Origin: Botryllus schlosseri
Taxonomy: Eukaryota
Direction of reading: 5' to 3'
NCBI GenBank assembly: GCA_051294905.1
Contig: CM119371.1
Span: forward strand, 2,606,001-2,670,000
DNA: 64,000 bases
This document shows, piece by piece, positions 1 to 15,400 of this stretch (position 1 is the first letter of the stretch; every line of letters starts with the position of its first letter). Position numbers and translations under genes: made by a program. Under the pieces are notes generated by a model. The model was not told the origin of the DNA. It did no database searches and was given only the letters and a program-made list of their open reading frames with translations.

Positions 1-800
1 TCCGGACTTGAAAACCCCCCTTTTTCGATTTGAAAAAAAAAGTCATTTTCACTCCACCCTAGAACGCATGCCTATTGACATTCCAACATTTAACGACAAA
101 TGACGATACATATCCCCACATCTTCACCAAGTCTACCTACCTCTCATTCGAATTAAGTTCTGACACATGAAAAAATGGTCTGGAATTTATCCTGATACAA
201 CCTTTTGTCAACTTGTACGCATTAGCGTAAAATACATGGTCTCTCCATTTCCCGATAACCCAAATGAAATGCAAGGCTCAAATAACGAATTAATATTTAT
301 TTCAAATCAATTCTATACATTTCATAACATGAAAACGCAGCCCAATACAACATAAAATCATTGAAATTTCAGCCACTACTCGCAAAGTCTAAGATGCAGA
401 TACTCATTAGGAGTCATTAACAATACTCTATATGAGTTGTGGATAATGTCAGTATAATTGCAAATTATTGACAATGGACAGTGAGAGTAATTTACAGAAT
501 GTCAAGCAGCAAATCATACCATCTCAGCAAAAAGGGCATATTGAATCACATCCATAAGATTATCTGAAATTTCGATTGTTATGGATTAACAATTTGCCTC
601 TTTTTCTGTTAACTATGATGTATAAAGTCATTTAGAATAAATTGATCACATATCAATAATAAACGAGGTCATCAAGAGAAATGATCCCATTATATTATGC
701 TCGAAGCATCTAGAAACAACAAGGTAGCAGAAAAATTGGTCATTGGTCATAGAAGCAAGAAAAATTGTTGACTCGAAGTACAGCGACCGTCATTCTACAG

Positions 801-1124
801 CAGTGGATCTCAACCTTTTTTAGACACGCCCCCTTTTTGATAATGTAAAATGTCGCGCCCCACTCATCGTCATATCACAAAAGACAACTGGGATGCTAGC
901 AACCCCAACAGATTATTTAGTGGTATGGTCGGTTATGAATGTTGATGGGAGAATAAAAAAAAATATTTAATTGTTGGATATATATAGAGAGAAACACACG
1001 TGTATTGGAGGTAAATAGCGCCGAGCGCGAAATTTTTTTTCAGGTTACTGCTTCTTCGCGCCCCCTTTCAAATGTTTCACGCCCCCCCTCAAAGGGGGCG
1101 CGCCCCCCAGGTTGAGAACCCCTG
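801..1124. mobile_element. hAT-superfamily non-autonomous element (MITE)
   Basis: TIRs CAGTGGATCTCAACC / GGTTGAGAACCCCTG. 8-bp TSD ttctacag (793-800) / ttctatag (1125-1132). Same family as 26011-27373, in the opposite orientation. Confidence 0.85.
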
Positions 1125-3317
1125 TTCTATAGAATAATATCAAGGTCATGAAATATCTTCGTCATGAAAGCTTTAACCTCGGTAAGTTTACCTTTCAACA
1201 CTCTTCTGAAGTCAACTGTACTAAAGATATAGAGAAAGATCACTAGATCATAATGGAGCATGGAGAATCATACATAACTGACATTACAATGGATTTCATA
1301 TACTATACATTCATTTTCAACAAAACTTTTAATTTTATATTTTTTGGGTTTTTTTTTTTTGAAGAATTTTATTTCTATCATAATTCATCACACAAAACGT
1401 AAAGACAGTACACAGTACACAATGCACATCTAAGAATATAACACTTTTTTCATTTTTTTATATTTATGATTTTTATATAATTTTTATTATAATCAATTAT
1501 TTTATAGGTGTAGGACGATGGTATATATCCATTTTATCCCGCGAGTTGATCACAACTTGCGAGTAAATAGTTATAATAGCAAACAATTCAACAGGAAGAC
1601 TGCTTGAACTCTACTGTAGTCAAACAACCATGGCATTCAAATCCATTCAACCAGTATTTTGTGCCGTAAAACATTCGTCTTTGGAGATATGTAGGTTTGA
1701 CGTGACGTTTACGGCATCCATTGTTTTCGTCGATTTGTGAAGCTTTATGCAACTGTTTCGGTTACTTAATTGTAAAATGCATATTAGAAATAGTTTCGTG
1801 AAATTTCAGCGATTGAACATGAAATAGTCCCTTTGAATTCTGAAACCAATAGCAGTAATTCTGCTCTGCACGTCTCAATTTTTTTTGATGACGATTGGCT
1901 CTTGTACACGAGTAACAATGTTGCATCTACAAGTACAGCCTTTTCAAATACTACCTGAAAAACAATTACCGCTGAATAAATCACTGTCCCAGTTAATCAA
2001 TTACGTCAGCAAACTATTCGGACTATAAGCAGAAAATTAACTGTTCGCACGGGTATGTCATAACAATGCACAAAATAGAATTCGACTTGCTGTAGAGTAC
2101 CGGGGATCAGAGTCGGATGAATCGTAGGGATTGAATCTACAGGACGATTCGGCATTTAAATTTTCGCGAGACGATTCTCAAGTATCGTCGGCACACAATC
2201 CAATATACGGTAACATATTTAGTCAGTACACGAATTTCATGAAAATAAACCTGCAGACAACACATCGTATCGCGGGAGCGGTATTGGCTGGGACGGTGTG
2301 ATAGCTAGAGGACTTTGTTAACAGTTAACATTTCGATTAGAGAAGTTGTGGTGCTGTTAACAATATCGACTATCAATGACACTCGAAAAAGTAGCTATCG
2401 GCTTGTTTTATGGAAAACCTAAAATATTGGTGACGATAAGCGTACTACTGTCAGAATTGGATTATTAGATAATTCTAGTTGTCTAATTAGACCAATTAGA
2501 GCAAATGCCGGTAAGGTAACTTGAAATGAGTCTCTGCACTAATTCTAATCTAATTGGTAAATAATTTATATTTTCTCATTTTAATTCAAACCCTATCTCT
2601 TGGTTTTCCTGTAAATGCTACTCAGCGTACTGTATAGTGCGAAACGAGCCAAGCTTGTTGTACAGACATTTGCTATTATCATGCTCAGGAGATTGAACCA
2701 TAATTTGATAGTAACGGAACTGGATTCAATGACCTAGTTTTTTGCGGACTCGGTAATTCTAATCCCAATTTAATTTGGAAAAATGTATAGCTATAACTAC
2801 AGTTTTAATTTATTTTGAAAAAAGTAACGCGATAATTATAATTCTACCATAAGTTGGAAATATCTGTGTAGTGTCAATTCTTATTCTACTGTATGTTGAA
2901 AGAAAATTTAACTGTAATTATATTACTAATCAATTTTGCAAAAGCAGGAAATCTTCTAGATGACGGAGTCTTACTGGATATTAATCTGAAATCTTGTTGA
3001 TTTGCAGCACAACTATTGAGCACATGCAAGACGAAGTTTACGAAAAATTTGTAACTTGTGACTTGCGAGTACCTAAGAAAAGTATTCGACAACCTGTCCC
3101 AGTAATAATATTTGAAATGCACGTACTCCAGTACTTTTCAAACTTCATTTACACTATTGCTACATACACCCGAGTAAAAAATGAACGGGATCACTCCAAC
3201 TTCTGTTCGAGTTTAATAAATGACTATTTCGATAGTCTCTTTAAAAATTATATGACAACATATTACAACCAATAACTCTATTTATTTCACCTCCAGCAGC
3301 TAAACAATCCGGACGCA

Positions 3318-3423
3318 TTAATTCTCGACGCCGTATTGACATATAAATTCTTCGAGTATCTCATCAAATCTCAGTTTCATAATACAGCAAATATTTCTCC
3401 CAATAAAATGAAATCTGTGTGGT
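3318..3423 (-). CDS. Candidate terminal coding exon of the NLR gene (RPHRFHFIG...QYGVEN*)
   Basis: Phase-2 acceptor cattcag matches the preceding donor. Stop TAA at 3318-3320, with AATAAA on the minus strand at 3281-3286. Confidence 0.45.
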
Positions 3424-6400
3424 CTGAATGCAGCAAGTAATCATGAATTGAAGTGATGCATTACTGCCGAAGATCAACTTTAGTATATGTTCACAGACGT
3501 GGTTAGTAACCAATTAACTCCACCTTTTCGAAGTACGTTTTGCCCACTTACACTACTTACTTAAATAGTTGTTAGTTCAGACTACTTCTACTTCTATTTA
3601 ACAACTTTCATTTTTTTCAGCAAAACTAGGAGCGACCTGAAAAGTATGTTGCGTTTTGATGCAAATGATGCATGACAGCGCTATTACATTCTTTCAGAAT
3701 AAACAAAGTCTTTTTTCCACAAAGCTACGTGTGATGCACCGCGTGTCAACGTTATGACGTCACTATCCGACATCATATTAGTTAATATCGTATATTAATT
3801 TATATAATACCAGTTTGCGCCACAATATTTCTAAGCGGGTGTTTGAAACCGAAACTTCATGAGAATTGATCGACGATGTAATGGAAGGATCAATCTCAAC
3901 TCTCATTTTAGAACGGCCACACTTCGCAACATCTACTCACCTACGATAAAAATCCCAGTCGAGTCGCTGCCAGGCATCTTTTTCTCGGAGCACTGAAATA
4001 AGAAATAAGTTATATGGCTTAAAATGCTTGTTAGTAAAATATGTATGCATCCTATGAATTGTGCTCCGTTGCTGAGCCTATTGCGTAATATCTGAAACAG
4101 TCATCAGGCTCAAAGAGAGGTAAAATAATCAAAAATATAAATGAATTTTATCCTACGATACACGGTGGTTTAGTTATGGTAGGTAGGCGTACCGAACTTG
4201 CGCTTATCTACTATTTTAAATCCGAATCCTATTCCTGATGATACATTCGAATCCAAGTACAAATCCATATTTTATTTTGTCTCGCGTCCATATCCACGTT
4301 CAATCCGGTAATGGCTGAAACTTGATCAAAACGTCGCATGAAAATGAAAGTTACGTGAAATTCTATGTCAAAGTACGGCTGGAAATCCATCTTCGAATGA
4401 ATCATAAACCATTATCTAAAGCAGTGATTCCCAACGTGAGCGATTTGGCGGTCTAGGGGGCGATAGGGGGCGAAAATGGACAGAGGGGGCGAAAATAGCG
4501 AAGGGGACGATAGGGGGGCGATGGCGCGTTAAACGGCTATATTGGAGACAAGTCGCAGAAATGACTTTTTTTAGTCAACCCATGAAAATTTAGCCGCAAA
4601 AGTGTAAAACTTCGATACCGAGCCAAAAAGTTGACCATTTTTTAATTCAACCCGCCGGTGATTACAGTTTGTATGCACATTTTTCGGTTCACAAAATATT
4701 AGGGCGATGATCAGTGGGTGCTTGAAAAGGGGGCGATGAGTCGAAAAAGGTTGGGAACCACTGATCTAAAGCCATGCAAAAGAGATGACACGTGACCTCA
4801 ATACCATAGAGATGCATAGAGTGGATTCGTAAAATTATTTGTTCTGGTTTCTGTTTAATAGCGGTGGCTTTCAAAGGGAACATTGCTGCGGCCAAAATGT
4901 TTTTCACACTCTCCACTTTCATTTCAGACAACATTATATTTAGAGCGCAGTGTCGTTTTAATGTGTTATAGTTATGTCAGTGGGTAGTGAAATGAGAAAT
5001 CACACACAATATGATGCTCTGGCAGTAGAATGTATATTACGTTTATCTAATCCAATTAGATATGAAAATGAGTGAAAGCAACTCTAATCCATTTGTAAAA
5101 CATTCCCTGCAATATGCAGCTAATTATTTACGTATTGTCAATCGATTCAAATCACTAAATATATATTCGATTTATATTCGCACCGGTTCCACGTTCTGTG
5201 AGACACTTTCACAGAACTAATATGAACTCGCATATTCGTTTTCGTATCAAAGGTAAATCGAACAAAGTAATCCCGAATGCTATTTGAAGATTTATAGTAC
5301 TTGATTAGGTTGGGCATGACGATTTCGGATTTAATGCAATGTTATTGATTATAATTCAGTTCTACCTATAAGAATGCACAATGCACATGAATGATGAAAT
5401 GATTCGTATCAACGCAAATATAAAAACTGGGATGCTGTATGACATAAAACCACGAATCCTGCGGAGAGCTGGTCAGCAACGGAGTAACTCTACTTTATCA
5501 GACTACTCAAGTAGTGCTGTTTACTTGAATCACTTAATCAAGGGTTGTCATTTCAGACTACTTCTGTTTCAACTTCTTGTCCCAGTTGTTTGTCAAAACT
5601 CCTTACTTTATACAATATTGATTTTGAAAAGTATCAAGTTGTTCCTAGCCACGTATTCGTCATCGTTTTCAGTGAAATTCTTATAGACGAGCCGCCTTAA
5701 ATAGCCCATGTATCACGGTAACTGCATGAACATATTTTCAAAGATTCCACTCACTTGTAGTGTCATTATTCATTTTGCATTAGCCGCGAATATATATCCT
5801 GCAATTTCAAAAGTAGATATCTCCTATAAACTGCTAAAAGTATGTGGCCCTTCGACCAAACCTACTTTTTGAAACTACTTATTCCATTACATTTCAGACT
5901 GATACATTTTCTACTTCCACCTCAAGTCAATTTCTTATTTCTTGGAAAATGATACTTCTACTTGTATTTCAGCAGCAGCTTACGGCGCTACTTATAGTTC
6001 TATATGAGTCTTAACTCTGACTACTTTGACTACCTCTAATCATTCATGAACTCGTGTATGCAACTCTCAGAACCGATCGGAGTCTGCTTGGTCACCAGAT
6101 GTCGTAAATAAGCTGCATGAAATATTAAATTTGTTTCATAGTTATAAAAGTATATGAGAGTGGTATACAAGTTTCTTTGACTCATCGTCCCCTTATCAAG
6201 CTCGATATATCTTTATCACGTAGAGGTATTATCAGCAGCGAAGTACTTGTGCTTTTCTGTAGAACTTATTATTATATACTTTTTTCGCTTACTCAAGTAG
6301 TTTTGTTCGTCTACTACCTCTACGTCAACAATTTTTTTATGGTGAATACTAATTTTTGCATACTTGACATTGTCAATTAAAAGTAGATTTTGACGCACTG

Positions 6401-9400
6401 TACCGATGCCTTGCTTCGAAATTGATATCCAAGTTCACAATCAGCAACGTGCGAGAGACCATGTCTGAATTTTCTACACCAATTATTCGTATTAAGTATG
6501 GGATGTCGCATGAAACTAAAATTCATGAATACTGTGCGTTATCACATAACCCTGATAACGACACTATGTCATGAATGAAACTAAAGCCTCATGATTTCTA
6601 GCGTTAGTAACGAATTGGACATGTTACGTGAATTGACCATTTCATGCAAAGTGATCGCGCTTATTTAATATACCTAATAAAACGCATCTAAGATACGCTG
6701 CCACCAAACAATGACTCACCGTATAAAACTTCCAACTCAGTATCGAGATCATTTAAAATCTCCCGGACTTTCTGCAATGCGTCTCCTTTTAGCATATCAT
6801 TTTCTCCGCAGTAAACCAATGTTAGTTTCTTCAAGTTAGAGTTGTTGACGAGAGACGAAATATCATCGAGTGAAGCGCCACTTTCAAAGTTGAATATGCA
6901 TCGGATATATTCGATCTGCTGTGAGAAATTATGACTATTAATATTGTGTATTACAATGATGCGTACCACTATTGTTAACCATTTCACCACAGGCCATCAT
7001 GTATTACAATATACTTTGGATCACCAGTTTGGACGGTTTAGTCTGGCCCGCTAGGCGATTCTGAAAAAATGGCCATATTATCCGGCGCATTTCCAATACA
7101 TGTTGAAGTTTCTAGTAGGAAACACTTCCATTCTCTCAAGAAAGAAAATGTCGAGCATTTTCGTTTCAGGTCAAATTATAACCATCCGACACAAACAAGT
7201 CACTGCCGTTTACACTAGTGTTACCATAAGTCCTCTTTTCTGACTTTTTTGAAAGTGTTCTAGATGAACGAGCGGTGTTCAAAAAACATCTTTTAAAAAA
7301 TTTCATCAGCTTACCGGTAGTTGTCAAATCATCAGGTTACCTAAAAAAGCGTTGCACACCAAATTCGACTCAATTCCAACCAGTAGAAGCCATGGTCACT
7401 CCAATTGAAATTTCCGTCATTTTGGAAAAATAGTATTTACGGTGACCCATTTCGTCGCACCGACATGATCAAAAATCGTGTTCCAGGTATGCCCGAAGTG
7501 GCAGGGATGTCTTTTTCACTTGTTTTGATCTTGATACGTGCCTAGGGTGGGGTTGGGATGAAGGCATCGCCAGTAGACGAAAAAATATATGACACGGTCT
7601 ACCGGGAAATTGGTTCACGTTATTGAAATAGACATGTCAAAACGATGGTGAGATAATTTTCAAATTGAGTAGGCCTACTTAACACACTGAAATTAAAGAC
7701 CACGAAAAGAAAATGAACTGACAAGCAGGTAAAATCAACATAAATATATTTCTCAAGTGATCTATATTCTTGGTCGGTCCAATGTAAATTTTTTCACGAT
7801 ACAATTTGATATCATAAGATATTTTATCATTTGCTCTGTACCACTCCTACAGTACTACAACAGGCAAATTATAAGACTTATAGGCACCGTTACCGATCTT
7901 CTTCCTATCAAAAGTTATCGTCCTCTATTCATGTCATCCCCCTCCATATTAGGATACTACAATCTAATTGTATCCATATATCGTGGTAAAACACCAATGC
8001 CTTTTATGACTCTATGACAAGGGGGCCCTGGTGATATTGAAAGACCAGAAAATGACTAGGTAATGTGCTTTATAAGCTCACTGGGTTACCATTTGGTTTC
8101 CTCGAATCTAGCATATGTGAAGTATCAGAAATGTTTTTCAACTCATAAATACTATTCAGTGGCAGAGCCCATTCTGAATTGCAATCGGTACCATTTTCAG
8201 CATCCTGGATCAGTCAATGTCAAACAGCAGAGAAATATTCGAACACTGAGCTGCAGAGGAATGCAACAGATGTCTCTGTGGATGAGGTTTTGGGAATGGC
8301 GACTTTGCAATCAGTGAAATATGCCCGGCTTAACTGGGATCGATTTCGTCAAATCTAAATTTGTCCTAGAAAAAATACTTCTAGATATGACCATCACTTG
8401 AGAAATATACCTACCTGTATTTTACTTGCTTGTCAATTCATTTTCTTTTCGTGGTCGTTAATATTAGTGTGTTAAGTACTCTATTTGAAAATTATCTCAC
8501 CATCGTTTTAACATGTCTATTTCAATGAAGTGGACCAATTTCCAGGCAATCCTTGTCATATATTTTTTTCGTTCACTGGCGATGTCTTCATTCAAACCCC
8601 ACCCTAGGACCTTGTCAAGATCAAAACATGTCGAAAAGACACCCCGCCACTTCGGGCATACCTGAAACACGATTTTCGGTCATGTCGGTGTGACTAAATT
8701 GGTCACCGTAAATATTATTATTTCAAAATTGACTGAAATTTAAATTTGAGTGACCTCTGCTTCTACTGGTTGGAATTGAATCGAGTTTGGTGTGAAACGT
8801 TCTTTTAGGTAACCTGATGATTTGACAGCTAGGCCGATGAAATTTGAAAAAAAGAAGTTCAAATGACCTCTTTTTAAGAATTTGTCCTCTTTTTTGAAAA
8901 TTTTGGTAAAATGTACGTGAAAATTCAACTGAGAAATTTAAAATAAGTACTGAAGTAACGCCCCGGCAGGTCTTTCGGGAGTTGAGCCAGAATGGTGATC
9001 TTTTTTTTTAAATTTTACCACTGTGTTGCAAGTCTGAATTTTTTAAATGGTGTCCTCTTTTCAGATTCCCAAAATATGGTAACCCTAATCGACACTCAAT
9101 TCTAAGAAGGCGAAACAGTGCTTAGTGAGTTCACAGTTTCATGCAAAAACGGACCACAAAGTAGTTATCTGCAGAACCTCATAATAAAATTATGACACCA
9201 AAATATCATTTAAATATCTGTGGTCGCAATCCTTTTGCGCTTATGACTCAACATCTCCTTGGCTGCCGGAGAAACCCGAATCGCGATGTAAAAATGATGA
9301 ACAAAATTTCAACGTCTACGTTTACAGTTAAATCGCTTGTATTCCTCACAACGCTAACACAGGATGGTCAGACTCCGACCAAAACAAAGCAAGCATACCA

Positions 9401-12400
9401 ATTCGCCAACGTATATCGTCGGTCCGGCCATTCAATCTAATTTCGCCAATTTGGTTGTTTGCGAATAATAAAGGTATTGAGGGAATACAACCAGATGGCC
9501 ATGATATAATGTGATTATTATAATGTGTATAAGCTTTATAATCAAGTATTCAAGTGAAAAACAAGGGCATGGATTTTAAGGAAATATTTTGGAATCATTC
9601 GACTGATCCGGCCCGCGAGTGCTCTGAAAGTTTGTCTCAGACCCGCGACGCTAGTTGAGTTTGACACCGCTGCTTTTGGTTAACAAATTATCGGGAAACA
9701 CGAACTCCGCACTACGGTTGATATCTCGGTCATGGATATAAGTTAATTCATGTGGAGGGGACTCGTACTGTGCGGCAGAATTCAATGACAAACATGCGAT
9801 GGTGGGAGAAGAACGCTCCATATATCCAATGCAACTAATACTGGATGATAAGTACTACCTTCTTTTGCTGACAAGCTTCTAACGTCTTCCAGAATTCATC
9901 TGCTCTTCCAACGTAAAACATGGCATGGATATTGCCAAAAACGGAAATTGCTGTCCTGCGCTCCAAAATTCGGCTGTAATCCTGGTCAGTTATCAGGCCA
10001 TTCACGGCAATATCCAGGAGATCCAACTAAAATGCGAAAACAGTTATTACCAGACTTTAAGATAGCCACCGAAGAGATGATTGGGTTCGAAGTCATATAA
10101 AATGATAGGTAAATATAAACGCATTTAAAAATACTTTGGGAATAGAATCAGAAATCATACTTGATACTTTCTGCAGCAAGTCTCAGTCATCGACCAGTCG
10201 ATGTTTTCTTTTGTGCAATTGAGCAGGACCTTGCTTATCTGAACACAATATTGGTTTCATTAGGTAAGATTACTTGATTTTTACGATGTATTCCCATTTG
10301 AATAAATATTCATATAGTTTCAGTACAATAGTGATTAGTATGAATTCTTCGATTCTCCATAATGCATGTACTACATCGGTTTTAGTCTCATCAAAGAACA
10401 TGTTTTTTTATATCTACTTATGAATATGATATGCATTGTACAAACGGTTGATAAAGAAGATGATGGTGAAAGTAGTCATCGTAGGTGGTCAAGTAGAAGT
10501 AACGCCTTCAATTTCTACCCAAGTAGAGGTATAAGAATCAATATGCAGGTAGTAAAAAAGTGAGTACTCAAGGTCTAGTTTTGTCCGAAAAATTGAAACA
10601 GCAAATAGAATTGAAATTACTCTAAAATCATAACCACTTGAGTAATTAGTTAAGTAGGAATAATCTACTTGAATTACTACGACAAATAGAAGTACTTTGT
10701 TACTGACCACCTCTGGATATAGGTTGTAAGGAACTCTGGCTATCACTCATGTTTTCCCGAACTTACCTATATACTTGGCACAAAGAAGCATACCTTATTT
10801 GAATTGTTAACTGCCAGCTTTCCAAAACCATTATGTGTAGCATGCATAGTTGATTTTGACCTCTGACAACGCCAATGCTTGAGCGTACAATTTCACTTAT
10901 AAAATGGATGAACATTTATCCGTGAAGTACTTTATATTTTCCAAAATCAAAATTTATGAAAACTTAACACGAACTACTTTCTCCGTATCAGAATACAAAA
11001 TACAACAAGCGATTAGTCTCGTAAAATAGAGTTAACATATTCTGGTTTCGGGTAAAAATGGTAAACTTTTTCCACTTCGTAGTCAGTTGACTATAAAAAA
11101 GGTCAACTTTCACTCAGCTCACAAAATACCCGCCTGACAGTTAATTCAGTGTTATTTAATGGTATCTCGGTCGAATTTGGCCCTGTGTTTCAGCAAAATT
11201 CTGAAAAAAAGAGGACAAAATCTCAAAAAGGAGGACATTTAGCCGTCCTCGGAGGACATTTCCAATACCCCGAAAAAGGAGGATAAGACCTCATAAAAGT
11301 GGACGTATGATAACCCTATGTAAAAGAACCGCTCAAGTAGAATTGAAAGTAGTCAAAAATATTGCCGCTTGAAAAAGTAGCGAAAGTAGGCAAAGTTTTG
11401 GAGTAGTACTGGTACTGGTTTGTTAACCACATCTATTAACGAGTGACTTACATATTTCCAGAGTACATGGTTATTATGACAATTTCACTCATAATTTTAA
11501 TGGAAACTGACGAACGGCTTAGTGCTTTTCAGAATGCAAATTGTAACCAGTGAGTAGACTTGCCGAAAAATTGCTCAAGTCGAAACAGAAAGACGACCAC
11601 TTGCGTAAGTACTTAAAGTATGAAAACTGTATTAACCCCATCCATCAAAAGACTACTTTTCAGAGTACAAAACAGGTTATGCCTACTTACATGACTAGCC
11701 CAATTGGTTTCGATTTTAAGCTACTTCCATTTCTACTCGAACAGCTCTTTCACAAATGCACATGCTTTTCACGCATTAGATTTCTAAAAGCAGAAATTCA
11801 ACGGTAGCCACCACTGATAAACTGCAAAATATTTGCAAAACATCGACTAAAAACTTTTTACTGGAGTACTTTCCAGGCCTTACATTTTCTACTTTGAACA
11901 GGTGTTTTAAGAGCTAACTTTACTTGGAATTGTGTATAAATTCAAACCATTACTTCTGCTTGGACTTGATTAGCGACGCTGACAACATTCACCACTTCTG
12001 CGTGTACGCCAGACCGACTGGCAATATTATGAACGCAAGTTAAGTAGAAATTGACAGCACAAGTTATAAATTGAAACTTGCATCTTACTGCCTGCGCATT
12101 CTCTCGTTACTAAAAATATCGAATTCGATATCTTATATGATTTTCGCATTATATGCTCTTATTAAAATAAGAACATATCCACAGTACTGAAATTGTAACA
12201 GCGAGCAATGAAATGATGCCTTGAACCCCAAAACGAATTGGCCAACTGCAAACTACCCAACCATAATTATTATTAATTCAAGTGCCCTCAAGAAATCATT
12301 CGGTTACTTTGTTTTGTTAGATATTCAGGTATTGATTACTAGATTACCTACTGTAAGATTAAGTACATTTTAAAGTAGAAGCAAATCGAATAGTCGAATC

Positions 12401-15400
12401 CGTCAGCCGTGATTCGAAGTTCAAATCCACACCAAACATGAAACTAAATAAATAGCAGAAGAAAAATACATCTGCAGCAGACCTTCTTTACTTTACACTC
12501 TGATAACTCCTGTAAACCAGCCTGCTTGACATAAAGTTCTTCAATCAATTTGACAAATTCTGCATTGAAGAGATTGATCAAAAATTCCACCGCCGAGAGG
12601 GAAAGAACCATATTGAATGATAGAGTGGATTCCTGCGAAAATAAAGTGTTGCGAGTGAGGTCCACCAACAAGAATCCCTAAGATATATGTGTGACTGAAG
12701 AATTTTATTAAGAAAATTCAAAAGAAATATCAATGACTTGCAAACAGATAAATCAAAGTCAAGACGAGAAATTACTCCAACACCTCATACCGTAAGGGTT
12801 AGAATATGATGCCTTCGAAAATCGTCAATTTGGCGCGCCGCCCAAGAAAAATAACCGTCGTACAGAGCACTCAAATACAAACTCAATGAGAAAGCGCAAC
12901 AGAATGTACAACATAGGTAATAAACACTAGGAAATTAACTCAATGAAAAAGCAATCAAGCAATCAAGCCAGTCAGATCGCTTTCGGCTTGCGTATCGTAC
13001 GATCAGTCGCGGTTTGCTTTACCATAGTGACTACTACTGCATACTGCGGGCTAGGCGAAATCGCGCGTTCTGAGAACATATCTTTTCAAACGAGTCACCT
13101 GAAATAGCGCACATGACCAACGTAACCGCTACATTCATCATAATGATCGAAACTTTTTAGGAAATATATTAGTTCGTCCACATCTATTTTGCGCCAAGCA
13201 TGACGAAATTTTGGACTCCTGAATTTCTTCGTCTTGGTCCCTCTCTCTTCCTCTCTTTGTGGAAGTACATATTACTTCTACTTGATAATTTGTAAATATC
13301 GAAAAGTAAGTTGGTAAATCTCAAAATATGACACAGTACAAGTACAAGTAGAGTGTCAGAAATAGGATTTACTTGTTTAAGTGCTACAATTACGGGAGTA
13401 CTTGAGTACTTCGGAAAAGTAGAAGTACTTGGTCATTGACAAACTCTGGGTTTTAATTAACAGAATATTTAAATTCGCTGCAACTCTTAATCACCGAGTC
13501 ATTGTATTGGCTATTTGAATTGACCAAAGTTGAATAACGTCAGATTCAAGACTATTTGATTTGAGTAAACCAAACAATTCTATTCCAAATCGCATCCCTT
13601 ACAACGTTGTTATAATTAGGGCAATTTTTTTTTACCTAAAAACGGAAGATTTTGAACTAAAAAATCTAAATTTTGACCTTTTTTGACCTAAAAAAATGAA
13701 ATTTGACCAAATTTTGACCTCACGTATGCAAATTAGATGTTTCCGCATATAATATTAAACTGGTTAGAACTGTCTGTCCTTGCAAAGTAGATTGGCCTGA
13801 AAAAACGTTTTTGGCTCTAGTATTTTAACGAAATCTGGCCCTATGAAGAATTCCAGTAGTTACATTACGTATTCAGGGGAAATAAATAAAATTTGTTGTA
13901 GTACAACGAAAGATCCTTTCCTACATTCTCGGGTAGAAAGTGTCTCTCCTTACTACGTAGCTTGCCAAGAATGGAGAAAGAGCGTTCAACAGCAGCATTT
14001 GTTGGCTGACAACACTCAAGTTGTGTGCACACCAATGTTCCCTCTAATTTTTCGATAGTCTGCGCAAACACGCCAACTCACTGCGCAGGCCCTCGGAGAA
14101 CAGTGCGCAACCACCCTCCAATAGGGTAATAAAACTAACTACTGGGGGGCTTCTTCGGCTCTAGGCTTCTTCCGGTACTTATCATGTACATTGGGTGCCC
14201 ATTTAGTAGGAGTGTCCCGAAACGTGCGAAGCGCGAAAATTTTTCTATAATTTATGATTGCATCGGCCAATATGACCGGAAATTGCATATATATTGCTAT
14301 CAATTTTTATCGCCTACCTGCTCACATAATCAGATTTACCGGTAAAGCTGATCCAGTGAGGTGTGTTGGAATAGATAGGCCCTCTAAAAAATAATAAAAC
14401 ATCTTCGGGCACCCCCGTTGATATAATGACTTCGTTACATGACGCTACTCGTGACCCTCTATCTGCTATGTCAAAAGATATTGAAATCGCATAAACGCAA
14501 TAAAGTAAAAGACGTATACGATTTCAAATTGGTATTTCTTGGCTGGAAAATAATGTTCGCTCGATATGGCATTTGTCTTGTTATGGGACTCGGATCGCCA
14601 GGACAGGAACATTCGGCGCCAGCCATTTAGGCACCCATGGACATGGACAATTACATATATATTTGTATACATCGAAGTTTTCGATCAGCACCGTGGCAGT
14701 CTTTTTCGCCCAAGGTTTTCTCGCTGCTGATCGTTCTGACGCACTTCTTGGATTCGCATGTTACATAGCCTTCAACTTCATATTTCTTGGCGCATCATAG
14801 TTCGGTAATGGCCGACGCCTAACTGCTCATTTCTATAGATCATGCCTAATTTTTGTTGGGAAAGGGTTCCCAATAATCTGATATCTTACAATAATAAAAC
14901 CCGCGTAGCGCGAAAAAAAAATCCTGAAAAATTTCAAAAAATACACCATGATTTATGTTAATTCTCGAAATAATTTTGGACCCTCTTCGAGCTCGGCCCC
15001 TCCAATTGGAGGGTTTGGGGTGCGAAAGTTACGGTCCTAAGTAAATCTTACGCAATGTTCATGCCACGCGAAAAAGACTATCATTCGTTAGATTCTCGCA
15101 GATTAACTTCGAGCTAGCCCATTGTTATTTAAAACTTTGTTAAACCATGTTATTTCGCCATTCCCAGAAAATAATGCGCTATTGAAAGTATATCAGTATC
15201 GCTCACGTGTACGAGGCCATACTAAAATAATATCTTCCGTGAGGCGCAGGTGATTGTGAACTCTAAAAACCATGTCATTATTTGTTAATTTGACCATTTC
15301 TGATTCACAATGAGCAGACGATGGCCCGTTTACGACGGTAGGCCTATAAAGTAGGCTACAAGCTGTAAAATATCAAATGATAAGTTCACCGACAGCGCAA

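Noticed and set aside
6216..6464. Terminal NLR exon at 6373-6464 or 6216-6397
   Set aside because: Phase-compatible, but the acceptors are weaker than that of the 3941-3992 exon. Kept only as possible alternatives.
7216..9087. Outer hAT-like element with TAG(T/G)GTTACCATA TIRs enclosing the fold-back element
   Set aside because: The 13-bp TIR match is suggestive, but the putative 8-bp TSD matches only 5/8, so it is not called as a feature.
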